Shown: positions 1-13,123 of the stretch, piece by piece
Layout of the letters: the number at the start of each line of letters is the position of its first letter
Position numbering within the stretch: the stretch's first letter is position 1
Origin: Callorhinchus milii
Lineage: Eukaryota
NCBI RefSeq assembly: GCF_018977255.1
Contig: NW_024704742.1
Location: 135,038,001 to 135,102,000 of the forward strand
Direction of reading: 5' to 3'
DNA: 64,000 nucleotides
Notes under the pieces: generated by a model
What the model saw: only the letters and a program-made list of their open reading frames with translations
Told to the model about the DNA's origin: nothing
Database searches by the model: none
Position numbers and translations under genes: made by a program

Positions 1-1049
1 AGGCATCAGGGAAAACACAATACAACACTTCGGAACTAATTTCAGTCAAAGGTACGGCAGCGAATGGCTATCAAGAACTGAGAAGTGCAAAAGAAATCAG
101 GCGAGGTTCAGAAAGAGAGAGGTTTGCACATCGGGGAAGCAAAACTTTTTAAGGGGGATTAGACTCATATTTGAAAAAGAAAAAATATACCAAGATAAGG
201 AGAAAGGGTAGTGGGTTCAAAATGGATAGCTCTTTCAGGGAACTGGCACAGACACAATGGGTTGACCTGGCCTCTGCTTCTATCAATTTTGAGAAAGGGA
301 ACTTCTTAAAGGCAAATCGTTCCCAGGTGAGTTTCCCCTCATTCCTCCCTTCTCAGTGGCTGACTGATTGAACGAATGAGGAAGAACAATTCCTTTCACC
401 TCTGGGACTTGCAACTGAGATCCAGTCAACAAATACAATGGTGATGGCCTCTCTCAGGTGCCTGTTAAAGGCGCAAGACAAATGGGCTCAGATAATAATT
501 GATTGAGGTTCAGTCAAGACATGTCCAGAGCACAGATTGTCTTGCAATAATTCACACTATTTGCTGTTGCCCCATAACTCGGACAATCCCATTTAAACTC
601 ACAATAAGGTGCGAGCTAGAAATTCCTTTTTGACGCTGTAGGCAGACTTCCAAACTGAAGAGGTATTGGAATCGTCATCTCTCACCCAGATAATTAAGCA
701 GACAACAAAGAGGAAAGACAGAGCAATGTGCATCTGTATGGCTGAGAAAGAGAATCAGAGAGATTGGGTATGTAAGAGCAAAGAATAGAGGATGGTTGGA
801 ATAGACAATTCTCTGCCACTATTCATTGTTAAGGCCGATTCCATAAATTCTTTTAAGATTCCATCAATGTAAAACATATTTGAAATGCTATGAAATTCCT
901 ACAGGCCTTTGTGATGTGATAAAGGCATAAACAAAAAGTATAAAAGGATGTGGGTTGCGAGGGGATGAGTGGGAAGTGGCTCATATGAAGAAAAGCATCA
1001 ACACAGACATGAAGGACCAAAGAGTCTGTTATTTGTTCACCATGACCCG

Positions 1050-1317
1050 TGCCAGGCTAGCTCAGTTGGTCGCCCTCTCCCCAGAGTCAGAAATCGTGGG
1101 TTCAAGCTCCATTTGGGATTTGGAACTTATATAGTCTAAGATGACACTCCAATGCAGTGCTGGGGGTGTGTTGCATTATTGGAGGTGCTGTCCTTGAGAT
1201 GAGTTGTTAAACCAAGGGCCCCTTCATGTAACTATTTAAAAAGGAAAGGCAGCTTTATCTGGAGTCCTGGCCTACAATCCCTAAACTAAAATTGGTCACT
1301 CACTTCATCCATGGTCG
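1050..1317 (+). mobile_element. Old Deu-domain SINE, 5' part (3' part resumes at ~2084-2206 after the L2 insertion)
   Basis: Same head and body as 2845-3220. Confidence 0.7.
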
Positions 1318-2084
1318 CACACTTCACCTTGCTAAACCAATCCGGAACCTTGGGGTCTTGTTTTGACCCTCAACTATCTTTTCTACCCCACATCTGCGCC
1401 ATGACCCGCACTGCCTTCCCCCACCTCCGCAACATTGCCCAGCTCATCTCACACCGCACGCTGCTGAAACCGTCATGCACATTTTCATTACTCGAGGCTC
1501 GACTATGCAAACTCATTGCTTGTCGGCTTCTCCAACTCCTCCCTCCATAGGCTGTAGATCATCCAGAACTCTGCAGCCTGTGTCCTCTCCCGCACTAGGC
1601 TCCGCGACCCTATCACCCCCTTCCTTGCCCAACTCCACTGGCTTCCCATCACACAGAGGATACAGTTCAAGATCCTGGTCCTCACCTTCAAAGCCCCCCA
1701 TGGTCTTGCTCCCACCTATCTCTGCGATCGCCTAAGCCCCTACCATCCTGCTCGCTCCCTCCACTCAGCGGGCTCTGGCCTTGCTTCACGTCCCCCACCT
1801 TGCTCGCCCCACTATTGGCAGGCGGATCTTCTGCCACTCTGTTTCCACCCCCTGGAACTCCATCCCGCAGTCCCTCTGCCTTGTCCCCTCCCTTGCCATC
1901 TTCAAGACCCACCTCAGGACCCTCCTCTTCAACAGTGCTTTTGATCTCCCTGCTTCCCCCCTCCCCCCCCCTCTCTCTTGACACCGACCCCCAGTTTGGG
2001 TCCATAACTCTGTCTGACCAGCACCTTGTGACGTCCTCCCGACGTGAAAGGTCGCTTTACAAATGTAATTTTGTTGTTGTTGTT
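1318..2084 (+). mobile_element. Older 5'-truncated L2 subfamily copy, inserted in a Deu-type SINE
   Basis: Degenerate frames FDPQLSFLPHI…HLRNIA and RPTIG…WNSIPQSL; 3' stem-loop ACGTC-CTCCC-GACGT and (TTG)n tail. Confidence 0.88.
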
Positions 2085-2206
2085 TGTGGCGTATTGCTGA
2101 GCATAAATTGGCTGCCGCGTTTTCTCACAAAATGCATGGCCACATCACTTTACAGTATATCCTGTGAAGCGCTTTGGGACATCCTCCTGGCGTGATAGGT
2201 GCTATA

Positions 2207-2508
2207 TAATATAATAATCCTTGCATTTGATAGAGTGCTTTTTCACATCTTCTCGACGTCTCAAAGCGCTTCACAGAATAGACTGTAAAGTGAATTGACC
2301 GTATATTTGTGGGCGAAACGCGACAGCCAATTGCGCACAGCAGCGTCCCACAAACGGTCGTGGATTGAAAATGACCAATTTATTATTGTTTTTTGGAGGG
2401 ATTATTATTAGGCGTGTGGGTAAGGAAACTTGCCCAAGGTTTCGCCCTGCTTGGAATTGAACCCAGGTGTCTCGCTTGCAAGGCGAACGCTCTAACCACT
2501 GAGCTATG
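2207..2508 (-). mobile_element. tRNA-derived SINE inserted in the tail of another SINE, with 9-bp TSD GGTGCTATA
   Basis: SINE head, body and tail present; GGTGCTATA at 2198-2206 and 2509-2517. Confidence 0.85.
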
Positions 2509-2844
2509 GGTGCTATACAAAATGTAAGGATTATTATTATTATTTAACAGCAAATGAGTTTTATGTTGGAATTTCTTCAGGTTGGTAACACCTCTTGCTA
2601 CACTTATGTACTCCTTTAACCTGCATTGATTTCACATCTGGATAAATATAATTCATTTGGAAGACATTTCCGGCAGATGCCATTTAGCCTGTCACTGATA
2701 TAGATTACGTGAACTATGAAGGAAAAGAGACCCAAAAATAAGTGATGAACTCTTTAGGATAGCCCAGGGTAGCGAGCAGTAGATTAAAGAAAATATTTAG
2801 AAGAAAAACATCGCAAATTACTTTACAATTTACTGACTTCACAG

Positions 2845-3220
2845 GTTTCATCCTGGTTCAGTTGGCAGCACATCTCCCCGCAAAGTCAGAAGGTTGTGGG
2901 TTCAAGCAGGACTTTGAATTCACACCGTCTAGGCTGATACTGCAATGAAGTACTGGTAGACATGAAACCAAGGTCCCCTCTGCCCGTTCAGGTGGACATT
3001 AAAGACCCCATGGCACAATTGGAAAAAAGAAGTGAGTTTCTCCCAGTGTTCTGGCCAACAATCTCCCAGATGAAATTGGCTATTTGTTGGATATTGCTGT
3101 GTAATGGGTTGCTGAATCTGCCTACAAAATACATTCACTGTACTTGACAGCATATTCTGCGAAGCACTTTGAGAAGTCCTCCCGACTTAAAAGGTGCTAT
3201 AATAAATGGACGGATTATTA
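2845..3220 (+). mobile_element. Old Deu-domain (SacSINE1/AmnSINE1-like) SINE
   Basis: tRNA-like head (ggttcagttggcagca…gtcagaaggttgtgggttcaag) and Deu-like body (caggtggacattaaagaccccatggcac…gtgttctggccaaca). Family assignment is from memory of the consensus. Confidence 0.7.
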
Positions 3221-4689
3221 TCACACCAATTACTGTCAAAGTGTAGCGACTGTTTGGAGGCAAATGTGGTAGCCAGTTTCAATGCAAAACCAAATCACAC
3301 AAACAGTGTTAAGTGAATGACTCATTTATCTGGAGAAGTGATGACCAGGACAGTTCTCTTTCCCAATAGTACCATGGGATCCTTATCATCCACTTGAACA
3401 GGTAGTCCTTGGTTTAATATCTCTTTGAAGTATAAAATAACCCTCCCTCGTTACTACAGGAGTGTTAGCCTAGGCTTTGAGTTCAAGACCTGCGTATAGG
3501 CTCTTTCAACTCAGCCGATGAACAAAACACCCAGTGATCAGTGTGTGGGAAAGGTGTTGCACAGGAAGAAAGATGTGCTGTCCCAAGGAATTTAGGACAG
3601 TATGTTGTGTGCCAACTCTTGCCTCTCACCACACCTAAGAACATTTACCTGCACAATGGGTACACATCGGCTGGTTTGTTTTCTCAGTTACTGAATGATT
3701 TACTGCACTCGGAGACCAAAAGTGAAGGGGAAGGAAAAAGGACTAAAGACGGGAGGTGATAGCGAGGAAAACAAAACGAAAACCAACATACTATGAGGCA
3801 AAACCACATCGACTTGGTAAAAGCCTGGAGAAGCAATTAATAAATTCTAAAGGGTGGTAATTCATTGTTTATAGCCACACATCACAGATGCACACATGGA
3901 TGCCAATCTCCCATCTTTCTATTGCTATTGATTCTTGCAGAGAATAAAGAAGGATGAGACAGCAAAGAGAAGGAAGGCTACCAGGGTATGCGTATTCATC
4001 AACACATATGGAATGCAATAACATCTCAGTCGCTCGGACTGAATGGCTACATGACATCACAAAAGAGAGCCAGATTTTCTATGGAACCGTGATCAAACGG
4101 ACAACCTTAAACCACCAACCATTGTATTTATTTACTGCAGCTAAGAAAAACAATCGACTAGGTTATGAAACCCCTCCCCTGAACACTGTTTCCAGGCAAC
4201 TTGAGTAAAAATAATAATCTTTGCATTTGATACAAAGCCTCATCAAGCCTTTGAAACGTTTCAAAGTGCTTCACAGGATTTATTTTCGAGGTGAGTAGGG
4301 CAGAGAAGTCCACTCAGCTCACAGGGGTGGGAATGAGCCGTGCCAATGTCATGTGAATGTGACTTTGCCCTTGGGCAGGCTGTGGGTAATGAACAGGCTG
4401 CCCGCAGAGACTAGCTCTATAAAATGTACAATGGTTCATAGCTCTCTGAGGCACCAGTCAAAAGAAGAATTTTTTTCAGAAAAACACGATGAGCAAACGT
4501 TTGATGACTACGAGAAATTGGGCCATTTCTAAGTTACCTTCAAACTCACGATTTACTGATTACAACCTCAAGCCAGTGTTACTAAAGGGAACCAGGAGAA
4601 ACTCGCTCCCTCTTTTCAAACTGTCATGGGGTCTTCAGTATCCAGCTGAATAGCCAGACAGGACCTTGGTTTCATCTCTCATCTGAATA

Positions 4690-5030
4690 ACTTGGCTCAG
4701 TTGATCGAACTCTCACCTCTGAGATCAGAAGACTGTAAGTTCAAGCTTTATGTTGGGGACTTGGGCATAGTCTAGGCTGACACTCCCAATGTACTGAAGC
4801 TCACCATTGTCAGAGATGCTTTGGACGTTAAGCTCAGGCCCAGATCCCATGGCACCATTCAAAGAGAGAAAGGTATCACTTCCAGTGTCATGGCTAAGAG
4901 CACCTCCAGATAAATTGGTCATTCATGTCCTGGCTGTTTGTTGCACCTTGTTATATGTAACCAGGCTGCGTGTGTTTGCTTAAAAATGCAGTCAGTACAC
5001 TCAGCAACAATTATCTGTTAAGTGCTTGAA
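4690..5030 (+). mobile_element. Old Deu-domain SINE
   Basis: Same head and body as 2845-3220. Confidence 0.7.
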
Positions 5031-6352
5031 ATATTTTAATATTATTATTTCTACATCAAGTGCAAGATGGTTGGGGTTCAGCTGTTCATTCAGCTACTAC
5101 GCCCCGAAGCTTTAGAACCCTCTCCCCCGAATCCCGCCGACCTTGGCCCCTCCTTCCACTCATTTTTTTTGGAGGGATTATCAGACGTGTGGAGTAAGGA
5201 AACTTGCCCAAGGTTTCACCCTGCCGGGAATCGGACTCAGGTCTCTCGCTTGCAAAGCGAGTGCTCTCACCACTGAGCTACAGGACTTCACAGTGTGTGT
5301 GTTATGCAGCTTCTAAACTGTTTTATTTTCAGGAGTCTGGAGACCCGAAAGCCAAAGTGACGCAGTTTTAAATAGCCTCCAGGGCCCATGTAAGTCAATT
5401 GGCATTGAGTGCGAGCATGGAGCATTAAGATGTTTGTGCATACGCAAATCAATTTTTTTTTCATCCTCCCGGCGTGAAAGGCACGATACAAATGTAATTT
5501 GTCGATGCTGTTTTCACAATGGGACCTCAGTTTCACCCACAAAATACAGTCAATCCATTTCACAATATATTCTGTGATGCGCTTTGGGACGTGTCAATGA
5601 TGTGATAAGGCTGCTATATCAAATGCAAGGATTATTATTTATTTATTATTAAATGCAAGGACTATTACTATTATAATCAATGGCTGCCGTGTTTCGCCAC
5701 AAAATATACAGTCAATTCACTTTGCAACATATTCTGTGAAGTGCTATGAGAAGTCTGAATGACGTGATAAGGTGCTATACTAAATACAAGGATTAATATT
5801 ACAATTATTGTTAGGAGAGGAAGGAAGGATCATTTGAAGGAAAGGCACCTTCGGCAATGCTGCACTCTTCCAGGACTGCACTGGACTGTCAGTCCAAATG
5901 AAATTATCCCAGTTAGTATAATTCGATATTGAAGACTCAGCAGAGAGAACAAAGAGCGATCACTACGCTAAAAAGCAGTCTATGTGGTTTGCAAAACCAG
6001 CCAAGAATAGTTAGTACAGGCCAACCCTGATGTATTACAGTCATTTGGGTCTAATATCTCAGGCCCCAATGTTATTATTTAATAGCTTCCAGGTATGTGC
6101 GGAAACTTCCGCTAAATGCCAATTGTGCGCATTGTGCATGTCTACCAAGAGCAGGAAGGGACATCAGCAGCACTCCTTATATAATAATAATAAGCCTTCC
6201 ATTGATATAATGCCTTATTGTGGCTTCAAGACCTCTCAAAGCGTTTCACAGAATATACTGCAAAGCGACATTTTGCCCTGCCCGGGAATTGAACCCAGGT
6301 CTTTTCACTTGTGAGGCGAGTGCTCTAACCGCTAAGCTACAGGACTCCACGT

Positions 6353-6681
6353 ATAATAATAATAATAATAATCCTTTCATTTGATATAGCGCTTTTCACG
6401 TCGGGAGGACGTCCCAAAGCGCTTCACAGAACACACTGTAAAGTGAATTGACTGTATATTTGTGGGCGAACGCGGCAGCCAATTGCGCACAGCAATGTCC
6501 CACAAACAGTCGTAGATTGAAAATGACCAATTTATTATTGTTTTTTGGTTTTGGAGGGATTATTATTAGGCTCTGTGTGGAGTAAGGAAACTTGCCCAAG
6601 GTTTCGCCCTCTGCCTGGAATTGAACTCAGGTCTCTCGCTTGCAAAGCGAGTGCTCTAACCACTGAGCTACAGGACTCCAC
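6353..6681 (-). mobile_element. Young tRNA-Ala-derived SINE (short variant, L2-type tail)
   Basis: A box TAGCTCAGTGG, anticodon arm CTCGC-TTTGCAA-GCGAG, B box GTTCAATTCC, L2-like stem-loop, (ATT)n tail. Near identical to 36104-36426 and 50845-51176. Confidence 0.92.
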
Positions 6682-6683
6682 GT

Positions 6684-6825
6684 AGTGCTACACTGACTAC
6701 ATTTTTAAGCAAACACACGCAGCCTGGTTACATATAACAAGGTGCAACAAACAGCCAAGACATGAATGACCAATTTATCTGGACGTGCTCTTAGCCATGA
6801 CACTGGAAGTGACACCCTTCTCTTT
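6684..6825. repeat. Inverted duplicate of 4863-5001
   Basis: ~140-bp reverse-complement match sharing copy-specific mutations of a decayed SINE. Confidence 0.88.
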
Positions 6826-6836
6826 AGCCAATTAGT

Positions 6837-8422
6837 AACAACAACAACAACAACAAGATTCCATTTATAGAGCGCCTTTCACGTCAGGAGGACGTCCCAA
6901 GGCGCTGCACAGTTGGGTCATGACCCGAGCATTGGGGGGAAATGGTCAGGGTGAGGGGAGGGAGGGAGAGAGGAGGGGGGAAATGGTCAGGGTGAGGGGA
7001 GGGAAGGGAGGGAGCGAGGAGGAGGAAGAGAGTCGAGAGGGGAGCTGAAGGCACGGTCAAAGAGAAAGGTTTTGAGACCGGCCTTGAAGGAGGAAAGGGA
7101 GGAAGCAAGGCGAAGGCACTGGGGGATGGAGTTCCAGAGCCTCGGGGCTGAGAGGCTGAAGGCCCGACCACCGATAGTAGGGCGGTTGGGGCGGGGGACG
7201 TGGAGCAGACCGGAGCCAGAGGAACGGAGGGTACGGGCAGGTAGGTAGGGGGATAGTAGGTTGGAGAGGTAGGAGGGAGCAAGGCCGTGAATGGCCTTGT
7301 AGGTGAGGATGAGGATCTTGAAATCAATCCTCTGGGGGATGGGGAGCCAGTGGAGGCGAGCGAGGGTAGGAGTGATGTGGTCCCGAAGCCTGGTGCGGGA
7401 CAGTACACGAGCTGCAGAGTTCTGAATGACCTGCAGCTTGTGGAGGGAGGTGGCGGGAAGGCCGGCGAGGAGAGAGTTCCCATAGTCCAGCCTTGAGGTG
7501 ACAAAGGCGTGAACCAGGGTTTCAGCAGCGTGAGGGGTGAGGTAGTGCCGTAATCTGGCGATATTCCGGAGGTGATGGAAGGCGGTGCCAGTTGTGGTGC
7601 GGATGTGAGGGAGAAAGGACAGCTCAGGGTCGAACAAAACGCCGAGGTTCCTGACTGGCTTTGAGAGGTGGAGAGTGCAGCCTTGGATGCTGATGGTGTC
7701 AGCGCCTGAGGTGCGGAGGCGCTGACGTGAGCCAATCAGGAGGGCCTCGGTTTTTCGCACGTTGAGCTGAAGAAAGTTGTCTCTCGTCCAGGACTCGATG
7801 TCGGACAGGCAGGCTGTCAGGACATCGGTGGTCGTGGAGTTGAGAGTAGAGGAGGAAAGGTAGAGTTGGGTGTCATCCGCATACATGTGGAAGTTAACCC
7901 CATGTTTGCGGATGATGTCACCGAGGGGGAGCATATAGAGGGTGAAGAGGAGGGGACCGAGGACAGAGCCCTGAGGGACACCACATGAGACAGTACGGGG
8001 GGTGGAGGAGAAGCCATTCGTTGAGACGAAGTGAAGACGGTGGGAAAGGTAAGAGCTAAACCATTCAAGGACAGTGCCTTGAAGGTTGAGGTGGGAGGAC
8101 AAGCGGTGGAGTAGGATAGCGTGGTCGACCGTATCGAATGCTGCCGATAGGTCGAGGAGGACGAGGAGACAGAGGGAGCCCTGGTCACAGATAGTCAGGA
8201 TATCATTGGTGACCTTGACCAGGGCAGTTTCTGTGCTATGAGCAGCACGGAAACCTGACTGAAGGGGTTCAAAAAGAGAATGGGTGGAGAGGAAAGAGCG
8301 CAGTTGGGAGGCGACAACTCTTTCCAAGACCTTGGAGAGAAAGGGGAGGTTGGAGATGGGCCGGTAGCTTGATAGCTGCGACGCATCAAGGGAGGGTTTT
8401 TTCAGGGTGGGCGTGATGATGG
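6837..8422 (-). mobile_element. 5'-truncated copy of the same young L2 (RT domain to 3' tail)
   Basis: Almost base-for-base identical to ~46348-47938. ORF 6987-8432 encodes the RT/C-terminal part with no start of its own. (TTG)n tail at 6837. Confidence 0.95.
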
Positions 8423-11400
8423 GCGTAAGCACTGGAAGCCGGGTGTGCTGTGCTTCGAATTAGCACAAGTCCACAGTAAAGGGTTGGGGGGAAGAGAGGG
8501 TTTATAATGGGGTTCTCCTGTATTCATAATTCAAAATAGATGTTGTATTCAATGTAAGCATAATTAAAGTCTTGACTTGGGATACTCTTAAGCATGGTAA
8601 TGGCTTTCTGCACGCAGCTGACACCCCAAACATTACTTCATAATGAAACTAGTCAGAGATATCCAAGGTGATATTCACAGCTGAATATAGGCCACCATTA
8701 TTTAACTGCATTTTATGTGTACACATTACATAAAGCTTGGTTTCTCACATGAAAACTGGATCTGAAGGAAGAGCAGGGGACCATTGCCAGCAAGATCTTG
8801 ATTCAAACCTTACATTCTGCAACTACAATTATATCTGGATTTAGAGACAAATCTCTATATATTATACAAAGACATTTAAACAATTCGATGCCTCATTCTT
8901 TGCCCTGCATGACCGATCAAAACACTATGGTCGTGGTTAATATTTTAAAACCTTCCTCTCCTGGAGCTAAACTCCCACCGAGCATTCAGATCAATAATTT
9001 TTCCCAGTCATCTTTGCGTTTCCCATTTCAAGACTGAAAAACGCTGCAGACTTTTTTTAAAAAATTCTTATTTTAACCCCCCAAAAAATCATTTCATTTT
9101 GAGGTCTTAAATATCATTAATGTGAAGGTGAAATACCTAACAATTAAATACTCGATTAATAAAGGTACCAAATTGATAAATATCCAAATGTATATTCATT
9201 CACATGTAAATTGTATCATGTTATATGATTTAAGAGTCTGCACAACAATCAACAGAATTCTCTGCTAATATAGATCTTAAGTCACCTAAAGCTACTAACT
9301 TTTGACATTTTCTTTTTAATAAAAACACCACTTCGTACATATAAAAAAAGAAAGGCAGTAATCTTTTGAGGGAGAAAATACAGGGAATTAGGGTTAAAAG
9401 ATCTGCTGTGATGCAACAACTGGTGGAATAGTCTTGATAGTTCCTCCTTTATCTGTGATTCACACAACAATGCGGAATGATGCTTTGCTCTGATTTACAT
9501 GAAATGAATGTAACGGCACTCCCGACAGACCTAACAACGCACAATGAGTTACCTTGAAGTGTGGTGACTGTTGACACATAGCAAACGCAGCAGCTAAACT
9601 GTTCCAGGAAACAGCAATGAGATAAGAATACAAACTGAATTTGGAGAGGGGGTGGGGCACAAATTTAGTTTTCATCCTCTGATTAATAAATACATTACGT
9701 TACTTTGGTGTGTTTGTCACATTAATGACTTGGAACACTTATAACAGACTTTGGCCTGTTTTAAGAATTCCTAAAAGGTTTTTCTTCATTCGTTGGTGGT
9801 TTGTGGGGACATTGCTGTGTGAAAATTGACTGCCTTATTTATCTATAAATAGACTTTATAGTAAAATTATTTGATATCTTGAGAACAATGATAAAGCGCT
9901 ATATTAAATGCAAGGATTATTATTTTTAAAATTATCAGCGGGCGTCGTAAGTAGTGACCCAAAGTCTGACTTATAATAGGTTGGTAGAATATTACAGCAC
10001 AGATACACAGCACAGCATAGATGCTGGAGTTTTTCTTTCACACAAACTTCCTATTCTAATCCTATTCTCATTCCCCTTATAGCCTTTGATTTTATTCTTT
10101 AAGCATCAATCTAATTCCATCACTTTCCAGGGATAATAATCCCTCAAATGCCTCCTGTATTAATTGTCTATGAGACATGACAATGCAGAATAAACTGCGA
10201 GGATTAGAGTTAGAAAAAAGGGTCAATATTACCAACATCTACAAAGAAGTTACACCCGTCTTGTATCACACAATATACGTATTGCCCACACAGAATCCTC
10301 CTTTTTAATTTAGAGGTTACTTAGCATATGTAATGAAAATATAAAGGATTTTGACTAAACAACTTAATACTTAAAGCAGAAGTAACAAAATAGAAAGGAT
10401 TTTTGCCAAAAGGCCTACAATTAGATTTCTTAATCCATTATCAGAACTCTGTAGAGCTTACAATGCTCAGCGGCTCAGTGCAGAATCACTACTTGCAGAC
10501 TCAGGAGAGTTAACTGCGTGTGATAAAAGGCTCGACAAAGCAATTTTGACTGCACCGCCACAGTGAGATGTGCGCTGAATACCAGAAAGGGAGTCGAACT
10601 GCTCTTCTTTCAACCCACACGATTTGCACATGGCTTATCAATAGCCTGGTGCTGAATATAGAACTCAGTCTATTTGGCTTTCAGTCAATTAAGCTTTAAG
10701 CTGTCAGCAAACAACACTTTTAAGTTAATTTTGAATCACTGAGCATCAAGCTGAAGGTTGTGAAAGGGCGCGCACACACACAGACATGAAAAAAAGACAG
10801 TTTAATTGCCCCTGAATAGCCATTATGTGTCGCGATAGGTCTATTGAATCTTAGCTAATCTATTTATCAAAAGTGCAACTGGAAGGCTTAACTAAACCAC
10901 ACCACGCGACAGCCTGTAATAGCATAGAGCAACAGAAAGATCACAAAACCACGGTGTTTTAATATCTATCACCCATCTGTCAATCAAAGCACATCATTCC
11001 ACTGGAGCTATTTTGCTCTTAAGATGTTTTTTGGCAACACTCGTATTGACAAGTGTCCTTTGTGTATGTGCCGTAGATTACCGGAAAACGAAGGAACAGC
11101 TCAAATTTCAGGTTGCGCAAATATCCGTCCAGATTAATTTATTAGCATTCTGCTGTTTGTCCTACATCGCCATTTTGACAAAAAAAATGTTAAGCTCTTG
11201 CCATCGAGCTCCTTATAAAGAAATTTGAGGTGATCCAAATCATTCTGGTCATTATTTTTGATTCTACTCGTTGATTTTGGAATAATAATAATAATATTCT
11301 TTGTATTTATTTGATATAGCACCTCATCATGTCGTTGAGACATCTTAAATCGTCTCAAAGAATATATTGTAAAGTGGATTGACTGTGTTTATATGTGGGA

Positions 11401-11899
11401 GAAATGTGGCAGCCAATTGCACACAGCAGTGTCCCACAAACAGTCTTGGATTGAGTGACCAATTCTTTTGGGGTGGAGGGATTATTACTCCTGGAAAACG
11501 ATCTGTCAATCGGCCAACAAACTTTTTATTAAGATGTGAATGGTGTAGATTTAAAAGGATGACTAAGCTCAACTCTGAATTAACCTTCAGGGTGCCATGC
11601 AAATACCCATCAGCTGAGATTTTTCCCTCTGGGCTACAGGAGTGAATTTCTTTCCCGTTCCTTGCCTTTGGCATTCCGTTAATATTCCGAAGGTTGGAGC
11701 TCAACGGGGGCAGACTTTATAATATACTTCTGTCAATTGTTCAACATTTGGTCTGTCGTAATGCATGATTTATATCGCGTCTTATGTTGAAATGTCGCAA
11801 AAGTGCCGCAGAGTTGTTGTGACTGTTTCCTTCAGGCAAATACAACAGCCACAGCAACAATCCATCAACAGGAAGTGAAAGTATGGGAGCAGTGGCTGA

Positions 11900-12155
11900 A
11901 TAATAATAATAACAATAATCCTTGCATTTGATATGGCGCCTTATCACGTCTTGGAGACGTCGTCAAAGCGCTTCACAGAATACACTGTAAAGTGAATTGA
12001 CTGTATATCTTGTGGGCGAAACGCGGCAGCCAATTGCTAGGTAAATAGAGGTGTGTGGAGTAAGGAAAATTGCCCAACATTTCACCCTGCTGGGAATAGA
12101 AGCCAGGTCTCTCGTTTGTGAGGCGAATGCTCAAACTATTAAGCTACAGGACTCA
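11900..12155 (-). mobile_element. tRNA-derived SINE with internal deletion
   Basis: Head and tail present; middle deleted. Confidence 0.8.
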
Positions 12156-13109
12156 AATAGTGGAGCGCAGGAGATAAGGAACCTACTCACTCCTCATACT
12201 CCACCAACAGTGGATGAGCGTGCAGCCAAAATGCCCCTTTTTCCTTTGACACTCGCTTCCCAATCCAATCTGCCATATAAATGCCGTTGAGTTTAGTAGG
12301 ATTCATATTTACAGTAATTAAATATTCTGCTGTTTAAGGGATTGAGGTATTGAAGGGATTCATTTAAAGCAATGTTAACTGTTCACCACCACAAGTACAA
12401 AACCTTTCACTGACCTGGGGCTGAGCAGACCTCCTGGCAAACTAAGGGTTAACAACAACAACAAATTACATTTGTAGAGCGCCTTTCGCATCGGGAAGAC
12501 ATCCGAAGGCATTGGACAGTCAAGGATTTGCAAACGAGCTGGGAGATGGGATCAGGAGGGGTGCACGGCGGAGAGGGTGGGAGGTAACCGAAGGTGGCAA
12601 TTGACCACTATCGAAGGTGGTCAGAAGCTCAGGGTTCATTCAGCAGCCTCTTCTTTTCAGGCTCGGTCAACAACAACTTGCATTTATATTGCGCCCCTCA
12701 CGCAGGGTAGAGTCCCAGAGCGCTTTGTGGTCACTATTCTGAGTAAGTACTTTGAATAATGACTGACAAATCGAGTTGAGTGCAACCAGTGATCAGGTGA
12801 GACATATTGCTGGGACAACCCCAGGTCTGTGCTAAGCTGGCCTGGTATATTATATATGTGTAAGGCGGAAAAATCCCAGTTGCCCAAGACTTCAAATTTC
12901 AATTAGTCTTAGCCAAAGATCATTTTGTTTTGAAATATAAGACTGTGCAAAACTGTGGAAATTCCCTCATTATACGTTTCTTTTTTTTTAAAAACAATTG
13001 TGACTGAACTTAAATAATTTTACGCAATTCTGTACAATCTTAAAATCGATGAGAAAATTGGCTCTAAAAGTAGGTGTTTGTTTGGGGTTTTGACACTCAT
13101 AGCTCTGCA

Positions 13110-13123
13110 GTGCCCCCTGCAGG
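13110..13123 (-). promoter_or_regulatory. CTCF-like motif CCTGCAGGGGGCAC
   Basis: 13/14 match to core CCASYAGRKGGCRS in unique, CpG-containing sequence. Confidence 0.45.

Noticed and set aside
6396..6599. Recurrent short ORFs such as MGKFPYSTQSL… and …VGHCCAQLAA…
   Set aside because: They are translations of SINE copies; their recurrence reflects the repeat, not a protein family.
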